A stretch of DNA of 64,000 bases, from positions 119,797 to 183,796 of the forward strand of contig JAJZAH010000001.1 of assembly GCA_021799535.1 (NCBI GenBank), written 5' to 3'. A program made the position numbers and the translations under genes. This DNA comes from Nanobdellota archaeon. GTDB lineage: Archaea > Nanobdellota > Nanobdellia > Pacearchaeales > GW2011-AR1. A model generated the notes under the pieces. It was not told the origin of the DNA. It saw only the letters and a program-made list of their open reading frames with translations, and did not search any database. Each line of letters starts with the position of its first letter. Position 1 is the stretch's first letter. This document shows, piece by piece, positions 29,501 to 38,377 of the stretch.

Positions 29501-29848
29501 TTCATATTCAAAACTTTAACACCCAAAAACCAAAAAAACAAATCACATAAAAGCCGTTGAAAAAATCAATACTCTCAAAAGTCTTGATTTAAGGTTTTTA
29601 CTATGCTTTGAAAAATCCTTTCGGGCCGAAAAAGGCTTGTAAGAAAATGAAAAACCTCGGGAATGGAAATTCCGGGAGAAATCTTGCCTAATTTTCAATA
29701 GGGGCATCTTTGAAATACCTCTGAAATACCTTTATTCAATTTTTTTACCAAACTCAATTTTCGTGAAATACCCAAATTCCTTAGAGAAGAATTTGAAAAT
29801 TTTTTTCTAACTAACTTAACCAAAACTTAAACTATAAGGAGGTCCAAA

Positions 29849-30439
29849 ATGAAAACGCTTAGTTGTATTCTTTTGACAGTTCTTTTCACTGTTTCAGCAA
29901 ATGCACAGGGCTGGAGACTCAATACTGTATCAGCCCAAACAGGAAAGACTCCGCTTTCAGACGGGATTGACATATCTGCCACGGTTTCTGATAGTTCTGG
30001 AAACTCCATGCTTCTTGACTTTAGTCCTGTTCAGGGAGAGATGTTATTCTTCCATTCAGTCATAAAGAACCTCTCGTTCGGGCCAACCGTGGGCTTTTTC
30101 AAAAACGTTGCATGGATTGCCCCTGTCGCTTCGGCAGATTTCTTTGACGGTCACTTCACTTTGCTTGTATGGATCGGATGGAGCTTTGGAAATCCTGAAC
30201 TTGGAAACACCTCTCCCAAACTCCGCTTCTGCTTTAATTATGAACAAGCGACAGTCAATGTAGGTTCTTATGATTTCTACTATGCTTTGCTTGGGTACCA
30301 GAAATTTCTGCCTGAGAATATTTTCGGAATCAATAAATCCTTCAGTCTGACGGATCACTTCGCGGCTTATGGTGGCGTCGGTTACATGGAGCAGGCAGAA
30401 GAGTTCCTATGGTCTTCAGGCATAAAATATTCCTTCTAA
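29849..30439 (+). CDS. Secreted beta-barrel-like protein resembling bacterial outer-membrane beta-barrels
   Basis: Signal peptide MKTLSCILLTVLFTVSANA|QG. Alternating hydrophobic dyad-repeat strands (HFTLLVWIGWSFG, LRFCFNYEQ, YDFYYALLGY, FAAYGGVGYM). C-terminal ...GIKYSF ends in an aromatic residue like bacterial OMPs. Shine-Dalgarno AAGGAGG lies 7 nt upstream. Confidence 0.4.
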   Translation: MKTLSCILLTVLFTVSANAQGWRLNTVSAQTGKTPLSDGIDISATVSDSSGNSMLLDFSPVQGEMLFFHSVIKNLSFGPTVGFFKNVAWIAPVASADFFDGHFTLLVWIGWSFGNPELGNTSPKLRFCFNYEQATVNVGSYDFYYALLGYQKFLPENIFGINKSFSLTDHFAAYGGVGYMEQAEEFLWSSGIKYSF

Positions 30440-30515
30440 ATCAAATTTCAGGGGGCTCTGCTTTGTCTGATTGTTTGCGGGTAAAGCAACCCCCTCCTTT
30501 GAAAGGAGATCCAAA

Positions 30516-32795
30516 ATGAAACAGCTATTTTTTCTTTTACTTGTGGGATTTGTCCTTTCTTCTTGCTCGGGGAAAAGCAATCCTGTCAATTCAGAGCCTA
30601 AGCCTCCGTCGACTAAGGATTTTACTCCAAAGCAGGAGGCAGTTCAAGTTACACAAAGCCAGACCAATTCTGTCCAAGATTTATCTCCCGGGTCCATTCT
30701 ATTTTCTTCTTTGCCTCATGGGATTAAGCCCGGAAGCATAATCTATTCAGATGGTTATTCTTCAAAAGCCCCAAAAGGTTTCCTAAGAAAAGTCAATTCT
30801 ATCTCGGGAAATTCGGTGAGCACTTCACAAGCCTCACTTGAGGATGCCTTTAGTAAGGCTGATTTCGGGTTTGTTATCAACCCTTCATCGATGAAGAAAG
30901 TAAACTCTGGGTCTGTCAGAGTGGGATCAACATCCTCCACGAATGTAATTTACAATCTTGATTACCTTGTTTATGATGTAGATAAGAACGCTTCAACAAC
31001 GGATGACCAGATAAGGATTCAAGGTTCAATCTCAATTGACGGGTCGATTACGGGGAAAGTAAAATTCCCTCCCTTTAACATGAGCGCGGATTTCGGGATA
31101 AACAGCGTCCTTGATTTGAACCTCGTTGCAACCGGAGAATTGAACTATTCTTCAGAAAAAACTCTTTTCACAGCAGAGGGGGCTCCTGTAATTGTAAGTG
31201 GCATTGTTATTACCCCTGAAGTTTCCTTGGTGTTTCTCCCGGAGATTTCCGTCAAAGGAAAAGCGTCTGCAGGGATAAGAGATAATGTTGCTTTCACCTC
31301 TTCTGTCTCTTATGATGCAGTATGGAAGAATACAAACAGCCTGGTGAACAGCTTTTCCGCCAAGCCTGTGCAGGTGGAGGTCAATGGCGAACTGAAAGGG
31401 ACTCTCTTCTTTAAATTCACTGTTTATCTCTATGAGGTTGTTGGGCCTGGAGTTGAAATTGGTCCATATGCCCGATTAAGCGTTGATATAAATCAAAACC
31501 CTTGGTGGAAGCTGTATGCGGGAGCTCATGGAAAATTAGTCATAAATTCCAGGGGAATTGCTTCTTCAATCGGAGATTATTCTTTTGACCTCTTCAACGC
31601 GGAGAAACTTGTCAGCCAGTCTCAAGGAGATTTCCCTTTTCTGAATCATCCGCCTTCACTTTCAAATTTCTTTCCTCCAAATGGATCATCTGGGATGAGC
31701 GGAGATGTTAACCTCAGCTGGTCCGGTTCAGATCAGGATGGCGACCACCTGACTTACTCTCTTATCTGGGGGGTTGGAACAAATTCCCCGGAAAGGGTGG
31801 ATGGTTTAGTCGAAAATCATTATACTCTTGAAGATCTTCCGGCAGGCTCTTCAGTATTCTGGAAGGTGATTGCTTTTGACAAGAGTGATTCAACGGCTGG
31901 ACCGATAAATTCTTTCACAACAGCAGCGTCTTCAGTCAGTTACGCCCCGGTCAATCCGAGTCCGGCAAATGGCAGTTCAGGGATTGTGCTCCCTGTAAAT
32001 CTCACTTGGGAATGCAATGACCCAAGCACACCTCTCACCTATGACCTCTATTTTGGGACAGATACGACAAATATGTTCATACGAAGCGGCCTGGCTCAAA
32101 ATTCTTACACTTTAGACATAGGTGCTCCTCAGGGAACAAAGGAATACTGGAAAGTGTCTGTTCGTGACTTCCGGGGAAACAAATTCGACGGTCCTTGCTG
32201 GTCTTTCATTGTTGGGGATGCTGATGGAGATTCGGGAGGGAATGATACTTTAGTTATTCAGCCAGGAACATCTGACGGGCAGGACGTATGGATAAAGCAC
32301 GTTATCTGGTCTGACGGACATGAAACCTATTCCGCTTACCCAGACCATGATTCCTTAACAGTCGAATATGACAATCCAAGTTGGTTACAGGAATCAGAGT
32401 CCCTAATACGCTTTGACTTGTCGGGGATTCAGGCAGGCTCAAAGATTGTTTTAGCTCAGTTGAACTTGTATGGACTCGTCGGAAACAATTCCTCTACTGA
32501 TATGCCTGTTATCTCGTTTGGAAGAGCTGAGGCGGCATGGGATGAACAGACCGTGACATGGTTGACAAAGCCCGGCTGTTCAAATACTTTGGATTACACT
32601 TCCTCGACAAACTATGGGGGTTTTCGTTGGCACAAGATCGATGTCACTTCTATAGTTCAGGAATGGGTAAACGGCAGTTCCAACTACGGCTTTGTTTTAA
32701 TGACTTCCCAAAACGAGTGCAGATCATGGTTCTTTAGCAGTGATGTTCCTGATGTATCGAAGCATCCTGTACTCATAGTAGTTTATCAGAAATAG
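30516..32795 (+). CDS. Lipoprotein with two FN3/PKD-like repeats and a C-terminal DNRLRE-type domain
   Basis: Start taken at MKQLFFLLLVGFVLSSCSG (lipobox LSSC; SD AAGGAGA upstream). Two ~95-aa repeats begin PPNGSSGMSGDVNLSW and PANGSSGIVLPVNLTW. The C-terminal region carries IRFDLSGI, AWDEQTVTWLTKP, VQEWVNGSSNYGFVLM and FSSDVPDVSKHPVLIVVY, consistent with the DNRLRE secreted-domain consensus. Confidence 0.5.
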   Translation: MKQLFFLLLVGFVLSSCSGKSNPVNSEPKPPSTKDFTPKQEAVQVTQSQTNSVQDLSPGSILFSSLPHGIKPGSIIYSDGYSSKAPKGFLRKVNSISGNSVSTSQASLEDAFSKADFGFVINPSSMKKVNSGSVRVGSTSSTNVIYNLDYLVYDVDKNASTTDDQIRIQGSISIDGSITGKVKFPPFNMSADFGINSVLDLNLVATGELNYSSEKTLFTAEGAPVIVSGIVITPEVSLVFLPEISVKGKASAGIRDNVAFTSSVSYDAVWKNTNSLVNSFSAKPVQVEVNGELKGTLFFKFTVYLYEVVGPGVEIGPYARLSVDINQNPWWKLYAGAHGKLVINSRGIASSIGDYSFDLFNAEKLVSQSQGDFPFLNHPPSLSNFFPPNGSSGMSGDVNLSWSGSDQDGDHLTYSLIWGVGTNSPERVDGLVENHYTLEDLPAGSSVFWKVIAFDKSDSTAGPINSFTTAASSVSYAPVNPSPANGSSGIVLPVNLTWECNDPSTPLTYDLYFGTDTTNMFIRSGLAQNSYTLDIGAPQGTKEYWKVSVRDFRGNKFDGPCWSFIVGDADGDSGGNDTLVIQPGTSDGQDVWIKHVIWSDGHETYSAYPDHDSLTVEYDNPSWLQESESLIRFDLSGIQAGSKIVLAQLNLYGLVGNNSSTDMPVISFGRAEAAWDEQTVTWLTKPGCSNTLDYTSSTNYGGFRWHKIDVTSIVQEWVNGSSNYGFVLMTSQNECRSWFFSSDVPDVSKHPVLIVVYQK

Positions 32796-32927
32796 CTAAC
32801 AGAAAGGAAAATCTCATGAACGCGACTCGCGGACCTTGAAGGTCATTCTTCACAGACCTTTTTCAAACTTTCAATAGCATTTCAGCCAACAGTTCACGAA
32901 ACCATCTTAATATGAAAGGGTACTACA

Positions 32928-33704
32928 ATGATGCGTACTATGCCTGTCAGTCAGAATCAAGTCGAAACATTAACAAAAGAAATCCTGAAATCTTTCTTCT
33001 CGCTTTCCCCATTCAAGGAAAGGACGAAAGAGTACAACTCCGGCGCTCTTGATGGATACTCTAAATGGACAAGGGAGAGTAAGTTGCGTCTTGCGGAGCT
33101 TTTCTTTCCCGGAATGGATATGATCGAGCCGTTCAGCCTGAAACTGGATATCCGCTTCTCTGACAAAATCGGCTTCTCTAGCCTTTTTGTCCCTGAGAGC
33201 CTTCTCACCGGTTTCGAGGAGGGACATTTGAAGAGGATAGAAGAAGAGAAATCAAAGATCATGAGCGCCATCGAAGAGAAGAAGAAAGACTTCACTGAAA
33301 GAGTGAAGGGGGTCAAGAGGCTCACTGTCAGACTCAAACAGGAAGCTGAGTCAGGAAAGCAGGCTTCTCTTGTCACGACACTCGGCGAGTTCTCCGCTTA
33401 TGTCGACTGGTCGGGAAACGTGTCCATGTCCAATCTAATCGGAACCGCGCGGGGAATAATAGAAGTAGCTGAAGATAACATGGAAAGATTCTCTGAGGAA
33501 AGAGAGGGTTCACTGGAAATCATCTGGAATCTTTCTGAAGCTATTTCCCAGGTTAAGATGAAACCCGTTCTCTTTGAGTGGAATGGGAAGCCAGTCGCGA
33601 ACGTCTTCATGCCGAAAATCCTGCCTATGGACCAGGTCTACAAAGACAGCATCGACCTGGAGTTGATAGCGAGTGAATTGATCAGAATCTACAAGAAGCA
33701 CTAG
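32928..33704 (+). CDS. Hypothetical protein in a compositionally distinct (higher-GC) segment
   Basis: 258 aa. Codon usage is visibly richer in G/C-ending codons (ctg, gcc, gtc, gac, ttc, atc) than the surrounding genes. Confidence 0.3.
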   Translation: MMRTMPVSQNQVETLTKEILKSFFSLSPFKERTKEYNSGALDGYSKWTRESKLRLAELFFPGMDMIEPFSLKLDIRFSDKIGFSSLFVPESLLTGFEEGHLKRIEEEKSKIMSAIEEKKKDFTERVKGVKRLTVRLKQEAESGKQASLVTTLGEFSAYVDWSGNVSMSNLIGTARGIIEVAEDNMERFSEEREGSLEIIWNLSEAISQVKMKPVLFEWNGKPVANVFMPKILPMDQVYKDSIDLELIASELIRIYKKH

Positions 33705-33843
33705 CTCCCCTTCGTACTTCGTATCTATAATTCAAAATCCCTTTGAAAGGATTAGAAATGACTACAATAAGATCTCCCTGCAAAACTTTTGTATTCGAAA
33801 AATCGTATTTCCCAAAACAGTAATTTTCGAGAAAGGAGAAGAT

Positions 33844-34113
33844 ATGTTAAGCGAAAATATCACGTCAAAACTTATGGAAGTGTCGAGTAAAAGTGGCCGT
33901 CACAACTTTACGAACCTGCTCAAAATAATGAAGTGTATTGACGAGCAGAAGACTCCAACCAAGAAAGTGATAAGCAATCTTACCGGGATGTGTCCTGAGA
34001 AAGTCAAAGACTGCGCTCGCTTTCTCGAAGAGAAAGGGTTCATAAAGACTCGACAAGCAAAAGGCGGAGGAACCCATTACTCTTTTCCTCAAATTGGTGA
34101 TCCTCTCCTGTAG
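33844..34113 (+). CDS. Small winged-helix DNA-binding protein
   Basis: 89 aa. ISNLTGMCPEKVKDCARFLEEKGFIKTRQAKGGGTHYSF reads as helix-turn-helix plus beta wing. Preceded by an SD. Confidence 0.4.
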   Translation: MLSENITSKLMEVSSKSGRHNFTNLLKIMKCIDEQKTPTKKVISNLTGMCPEKVKDCARFLEEKGFIKTRQAKGGGTHYSFPQIGDPLL

Positions 34114-34165
34114 AATGCAATAATGTGATGCAGCAGCACAATAACTAAAATTCGAAGGAGAAAAT

Positions 34166-34369
34166 ATGTTTGGACCAACTGTCTCAGGCTCCCGTGAGAA
34201 AATCCTTTTGTTCCTGAAAAAGAAGAGCTGCACACTCGGTGAAATTCGCAAAGGGACAAAACTCTGTAAAAAAACAATAAGTAAGAACCTGAAATTTCTC
34301 CTCAAAGAAGGGGTAATACAGAAAAGGACCTCGAAATTTGGGAAGAAGTATTTTTTAAAATCCGAATAA
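34166..34369 (+). CDS. Small winged-helix DNA-binding protein (paralog-like)
   Basis: 67 aa. LGEIRKGTKLCKKTISKNLKFLLKEGVIQKRTSKFGKKYFLK. Preceded by an SD. Confidence 0.4.
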   Translation: MFGPTVSGSREKILLFLKKKSCTLGEIRKGTKLCKKTISKNLKFLLKEGVIQKRTSKFGKKYFLKSE

Positions 34370-34408
34370 TCTAAAGGAGGGTAACATGATAAGAGGACCT
34401 TAAGATTC

Positions 34409-34804
34409 ATGACGCTTTTAAAATTCAAAAATCACAAGGAGAAAAAAATGGAAACCAGAGTCATAAAAAAACTTCTTTTCTTATCTTCGTTGTTGAGTTT
34501 ATTCTATCTGATATTCTTCGGGGCAGATGATCCGGCCTTTTCAGCATGGGTTGTTTTCATCTGCTCAACTTCTTTTGTGCTTGGATGGAACTTCGATAAG
34601 ATAGGAAAAGGAGGTTTCGGAGAGTGGGTGATGGAAATCATCATCTTTGTGTACTTTTTTTATCTAACCCGAAGCTGGTCACATTCCATAACTGGAAAGA
34701 ATCTTGGATGGGCTCTCTTTGCCGTAGGCATCGCTTATCTTTTTGCAGAGTCGTTCGGGTTCTTCCTTGCCAGGACAATTTTCGTCAATGGGAAAAATTA
34801 TTGA
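34409..34804 (+). CDS. Small membrane protein
   Basis: 131 aa with three or four TM helices. Confidence 0.3.
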   Translation: MTLLKFKNHKEKKMETRVIKKLLFLSSLLSLFYLIFFGADDPAFSAWVVFICSTSFVLGWNFDKIGKGGFGEWVMEIIIFVYFFYLTRSWSHSITGKNLGWALFAVGIAYLFAESFGFFLARTIFVNGKNY

Positions 34805-35045
34805 AAGGAAAAATAGGTGGAGCCTAAGAAAGGAGAATGTCAAGTTTCTACGAAAATCTCTGCTTTTCCTTGCTATCCTGATGCTCATTGTTCTGTCTGC
34901 GCTTTTCTTCACCTCTTTTGCTTTTCTGCCAATGCTTGTCTGACAATCTTTTGGGCAGTGACCTCCTTTGGATTGGTTCTAATTAATCTCATTGCAAGGA
35001 TGTTTGGGCAATGAGGCTTCACGGAAAAGAGCCGCCCTTTTTTCT

Positions 35046-35089
35046 CCCGCTTTTCTTGGGCGGCTCTTTTCTTTTCCGAATCCTTTCAA
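35046..35089. terminator. Perfect 12-bp inverted repeat AAAGAGCCGCCC(N20)GGGCGGCTCTTT followed by a T-run
   Basis: GC-rich stem read directly from the sequence, in an otherwise AT-rich spacer between the island genes and rpoD. Confidence 0.35.
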
Positions 35090-35112
35090 AAATCTCCCTC
35101 TCTAAGAATAAT

Positions 35113-35236
35113 ATTTTTTTTGCAAAATTTCCCTCCTAAAGACCTTGATCTTCTGTATCAAACTTATTTTTTTTGCAATTTTTTGTACCCAAAACAGATT
35201 TTTCGTTGGAAAATATTTTTTTTTGGAAAATTTTTT
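35113..35236. repeat. Three degenerate direct repeats TTTTTTTTGCAA(A)ATTTT(TTG)
   Basis: Copies at 35113-35129, 35166-35184 and 35215-35236, plus a CCGCAGCGCATCTGCGG hairpin at ~35258-35274, immediately downstream of rpoD. Confidence 0.35.
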
Positions 35237-35302
35237 GTAAAATAATCTGTTAAGGGGTCCGCAGCGCATCTGCGGTAGAAATATAAATTAAATCCAAAAT
35301 GG

Positions 35303-36010
35303 TTATTTTATTTTTTTTGATATATTTTTTAATTCTTTTTCAAGTGCCTCAATAGACTTCCTGAAAATTTCTTCCACTTTCATCTGTCCGAAGGATTCTA
35401 CTGTGAACAGGAATTCTCCTGTTTCTGTAATCTCAACTTTCTTTTTTTTCCTATGTGTGAGGCCTTCGCAAAAATCTAATATTGTTTTACTCCCGTCATC
35501 TTTCAGGACAATTTTGTTCCCTTTCTCTTTTATCTCCGCTTGAGGAAATGCGTTTCTTATCTCCTTCTCAAGGTCTTTGTCAAGGCTTATCTCAGCCACG
35601 TCTCTGTAGAAAATTATCCCAGGTGAAAATTTTGCATGTTCTTTTCCTATTCCCATTCTGGTTTTTCCTTTAATCTTAAGTTCCTGACCTGGGCTAAGAA
35701 GCGTTAGCGGAATGTTATTGTGAACCAACTCGAATTCCCCTTTTATTTCCCCCGAGTATACTGTCTCTTTTTTTGAGTCGATTTTGAATTTTAATACAGT
35801 GTCCTCTTTCCACGATTTGTCCATTTTTATTGGAACCATTCCTATCCTGTGGGCTAATGTTTCATCGTAAAGTGCGGAATCATTTCTTGATATCTCAACT
35901 TCATCCACTGCCATCGTCGGTACAAGCCCGGTGCTCCTTCTTATTGCGTTTGCAAGGCTCTCATTAGTTTTTACTTTGAAACTTGCTTTCATATCAGAAC
36001 TTTTTTCCAT
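35303..36010 (-). CDS. rpoD: DNA-directed RNA polymerase subunit D (Rpo3)
   Basis: N-terminal NAIRRSTGLVPTMAVDEVEI and LAHRIGMVPIK match the Rpo3/RpoA-like dimerisation domain. Follows rps11 as in the conserved operon. Confidence 0.75.
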   Translation of the reverse strand: MEKSSDMKASFKVKTNESLANAIRRSTGLVPTMAVDEVEISRNDSALYDETLAHRIGMVPIKMDKSWKEDTVLKFKIDSKKETVYSGEIKGEFELVHNNIPLTLLSPGQELKIKGKTRMGIGKEHAKFSPGIIFYRDVAEISLDKDLEKEIRNAFPQAEIKEKGNKIVLKDDGSKTILDFCEGLTHRKKKKVEITETGEFLFTVESFGQMKVEEIFRKSIEALEKELKNISKKIK

Positions 36011-36041
36011 TATTTTTTTCTGTGAAAAAGCTATTTAAGAC

Positions 36042-36575
36042 TTATGGTCTCCTGCCTCTCCTCCCCCCTTTCTGCTTTGGTCCGCCTCTTGGCATTCTTG
36101 TGGTGTCTAAAATGTTAATTATCTTAAAGCCATCTCTCGTCAGGCTTTTTATTATGCTGTGTGCTCCTGGTCCTGGTGCAGGGTTTCTTGTTTTTGCCCT
36201 TATCCTGACATAGAAAGATTTTATTCCCAAATCTTTCACTTCTTCCGTGATTCTTTTTGCTATAAACATTGCTATAGTGGGGTTTGCTTTAAGCCTGTCA
36301 TGTTTTGTTATCATGCCGCCGGTAATCTTTGAGATGGTTCTTCCTGACATATCTGTGACATGGACGAGAGTATTGTTGAAAGAAGTGTAGATATTTATGA
36401 CGGCTTCGGATTCTTTGCTTACCGTCGCTTTTGCAGAATGATCTTCTTCCCTTGTTTCTTCTGAAATCTCTGTCTCTTCGGGCGGTTCATTGTTTTCATC
36501 AGAATTCTCTTCCTGGATTGGCTCGGGTTCTCCGACCTCTTCCATTGCCTTTTCCTCTGGCTTTTTCTTTGGCAT
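36042..36575 (-). CDS. rps11: Ribosomal protein uS11 with acidic N-terminal extension
   Basis: S11 core NIYTSFNNTLVHVTDMSGRTISKITGGM. Confidence 0.8.
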   Translation of the reverse strand: MPKKKPEEKAMEEVGEPEPIQEENSDENNEPPEETEISEETREEDHSAKATVSKESEAVINIYTSFNNTLVHVTDMSGRTISKITGGMITKHDRLKANPTIAMFIAKRITEEVKDLGIKSFYVRIRAKTRNPAPGPGAHSIIKSLTRDGFKIINILDTTRMPRGGPKQKGGRRGRRP

Positions 36576-36576
36576 T

Positions 36577-37041
36577 TTACTCAGTTGCCTCCTTTATCTT
36601 CCCCTTTTTTGTTATTTTATTTTCATAGCTCACTGGAACAATATAAGAAGGGCTATCCACCACCGCTCCGTTTACAAGTACTTTTTTGTGTGTGATCATC
36701 TGTCTCGCAGTTTTTATCGTCGGAGCTAAGCCCTTTCTTAAAACAATGGTCTGGAGTCTTCTTTCAAGATAATCAGTCTTATTCAAGCCCAAGACGTCTG
36801 AGATGGATGAAACTTTAAGGCCTACTTTTTGGAGTCTTGAGAAAAGCACATTCTTATCTTCAGGTAAGGCTTTAATGAGTTTCTTCGCCTTTTGTCTCAT
36901 CACAGCAACTTTGGCATCAGCTTTCCATATCTCTCTTTTATTTTTGAGTCCGTATTTTTCTCTTATTACCCCTTCCTCTTCTATCCTTGCTTTGTCAAAA
37001 GGTCTTTTTGGTCTTGAGTATCTCTTATGTTTTCTCTTCAT
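36577..37041 (-). CDS. rps4: Ribosomal protein uS4
   Basis: 154 aa with an S4 RNA-binding domain, in the position between rps13 and rps11. Confidence 0.75.
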   Translation of the reverse strand: MKRKHKRYSRPKRPFDKARIEEEGVIREKYGLKNKREIWKADAKVAVMRQKAKKLIKALPEDKNVLFSRLQKVGLKVSSISDVLGLNKTDYLERRLQTIVLRKGLAPTIKTARQMITHKKVLVNGAVVDSPSYIVPVSYENKITKKGKIKEATE

Positions 37042-37042
37042 T

Positions 37043-37546
37043 TTACTTCTCCTTCTTTACCTCCGCTTTAGCCCCTTTCTTTTGTATTCCTGATCCTCTT
37101 CTTCTGTTTTTCCTGAAATGCGACCTTGTCCTCTGGCCCCTCAATGGGAGTCCAAGCGCGTGCCTGAGACCTCTGTAACTTTTTATTTTCTTGAGTCTTT
37201 TTATATCAAACTCGTTTTTTAGCTCAAGATCGACTCCGATGAGATGCTTGTCTTCTCCGGTCTCAAGGTCCTTTCTCCTGTTGAATATGAAATTTGGTAC
37301 TTTCGGACTCTTTATGAATTCACTTATTTTTTTTATTTCCGAGTCTGAGAGCTCGCCTATTTTTTTTGTCTTCGGAATTCCTAGAACTTGGCATGTCGCG
37401 TTTGAAACTGCCCATGAAACTCCTTTTATCTTTGTGAGTCCCGGATAAATTTTCATTCCGCCTTCTATATCTTTTGATAGAATTCTTACTATCCTTTCTT
37501 CGTTTTTCGCTTGCATAGGTTTTTGAATTGCTGGTTTCTCTTCCAT
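37043..37546 (-). CDS. rps13: Ribosomal protein uS13
   Basis: 167 aa with S13 motifs IEGGMKIYPGLTKIKGV and GLRHALGLPLRGQRTRS. Confidence 0.8.
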   Translation of the reverse strand: MEEKPAIQKPMQAKNEERIVRILSKDIEGGMKIYPGLTKIKGVSWAVSNATCQVLGIPKTKKIGELSDSEIKKISEFIKSPKVPNFIFNRRKDLETGEDKHLIGVDLELKNEFDIKRLKKIKSYRGLRHALGLPLRGQRTRSHFRKNRRRGSGIQKKGAKAEVKKEK

Positions 37547-37547
37547 C

Positions 37548-38081
37548 TTATTGTGTGAACAGGTTGTACTTCTCCATCTCTGTCAGTTCCTGAAATATCC
37601 TTTTCTCGACGGCTTTTTCAGGATCCGGGAGGTTGGGTATTCTTTCTTTCATTTCTTTGAAAGATTCAAAAGGTTTCTCTTCCCTTTGCTTTAAAATTTC
37701 CATCATGTGCTTTTTTCCCATTCCTGGCAAAAGCTCTATCTGGTGGAGTCTTTTGTTTATTGCGGGGGCTTCATTAAAAAACTTAACTATTTTCGCTTCG
37801 TTTTCTTTTACTCTTTTCGAGACTGTTTCCTGAAGTTCCCTTTTCGCGGTTTCTGTAAGCTTTTCCCTTTTGAGCCTCCCAAGGATATAATAAACCTTAT
37901 CTCTTTTGCCTTCACCTATGTAAAGGTCCTCTCCAATATCTATACTTACCCCGCGTCGTGGAGCGAGCTCAAGGAGTGTGAAATTCTCTTTGCCTATTGC
38001 CTGAACAATGGGCATCATCTTCCCTTCCAAAGGATAGCCGTTTGGTAAGTAGTCTAATACTGTCGCATAATCTTCTCTCAT
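37548..38081 (-). CDS. Conserved archaeal HhH-containing nucleic-acid-binding protein (DUF655/COG1491-like)
   Basis: 177 aa. Helix-hairpin-helix LLPGMGKKHMMEIL. Conserved position next to rpoF-rpl21e. Confidence 0.35.
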   Translation of the reverse strand: MREDYATVLDYLPNGYPLEGKMMPIVQAIGKENFTLLELAPRRGVSIDIGEDLYIGEGKRDKVYYILGRLKREKLTETAKRELQETVSKRVKENEAKIVKFFNEAPAINKRLHQIELLPGMGKKHMMEILKQREEKPFESFKEMKERIPNLPDPEKAVEKRIFQELTEMEKYNLFTQ

Positions 38082-38086
38082 CTTCT

Positions 38087-38377
38087 TTATTGTTTTTCTT
38101 TAATTGCTGTGAGTATTGCATCTTTCTCCTCGTCATCCAGGTTAGAGTCAGGGAGTATCTTCTGGATTTCTTCTTTTTCTTCAGGCACAAAGTCAATTAT
38201 CTTTGAAATGTGCTTTTCATTTAATTTAATTAAATTCAAACCTTCAAGCTTTTTCCTCAACGGTTCGGCCTCTTTTTCGTCCATCTTTGTGAATTTCTTC
38301 ACAAATGCCTTTGCTTCCTGATCTTTTATGTATCTCAGGGATTCTGCCATGCTTAGAGGGGCCATATTCTTTATCAT
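38087..38377 (-). CDS. rpoF: RNA polymerase subunit Rpo4/F
   Basis: 96 aa. KKFTKMDEKEAEPLRKKLEGLNLIKLNEKHISKIIDFVPEEKEEIQKIL matches the Rpo4 HRDC-like pattern. Adjacent to rpl21e as in many archaea. Confidence 0.5.
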   Translation of the reverse strand: MIKNMAPLSMAESLRYIKDQEAKAFVKKFTKMDEKEAEPLRKKLEGLNLIKLNEKHISKIIDFVPEEKEEIQKILPDSNLDDEEKDAILTAIKEKQ

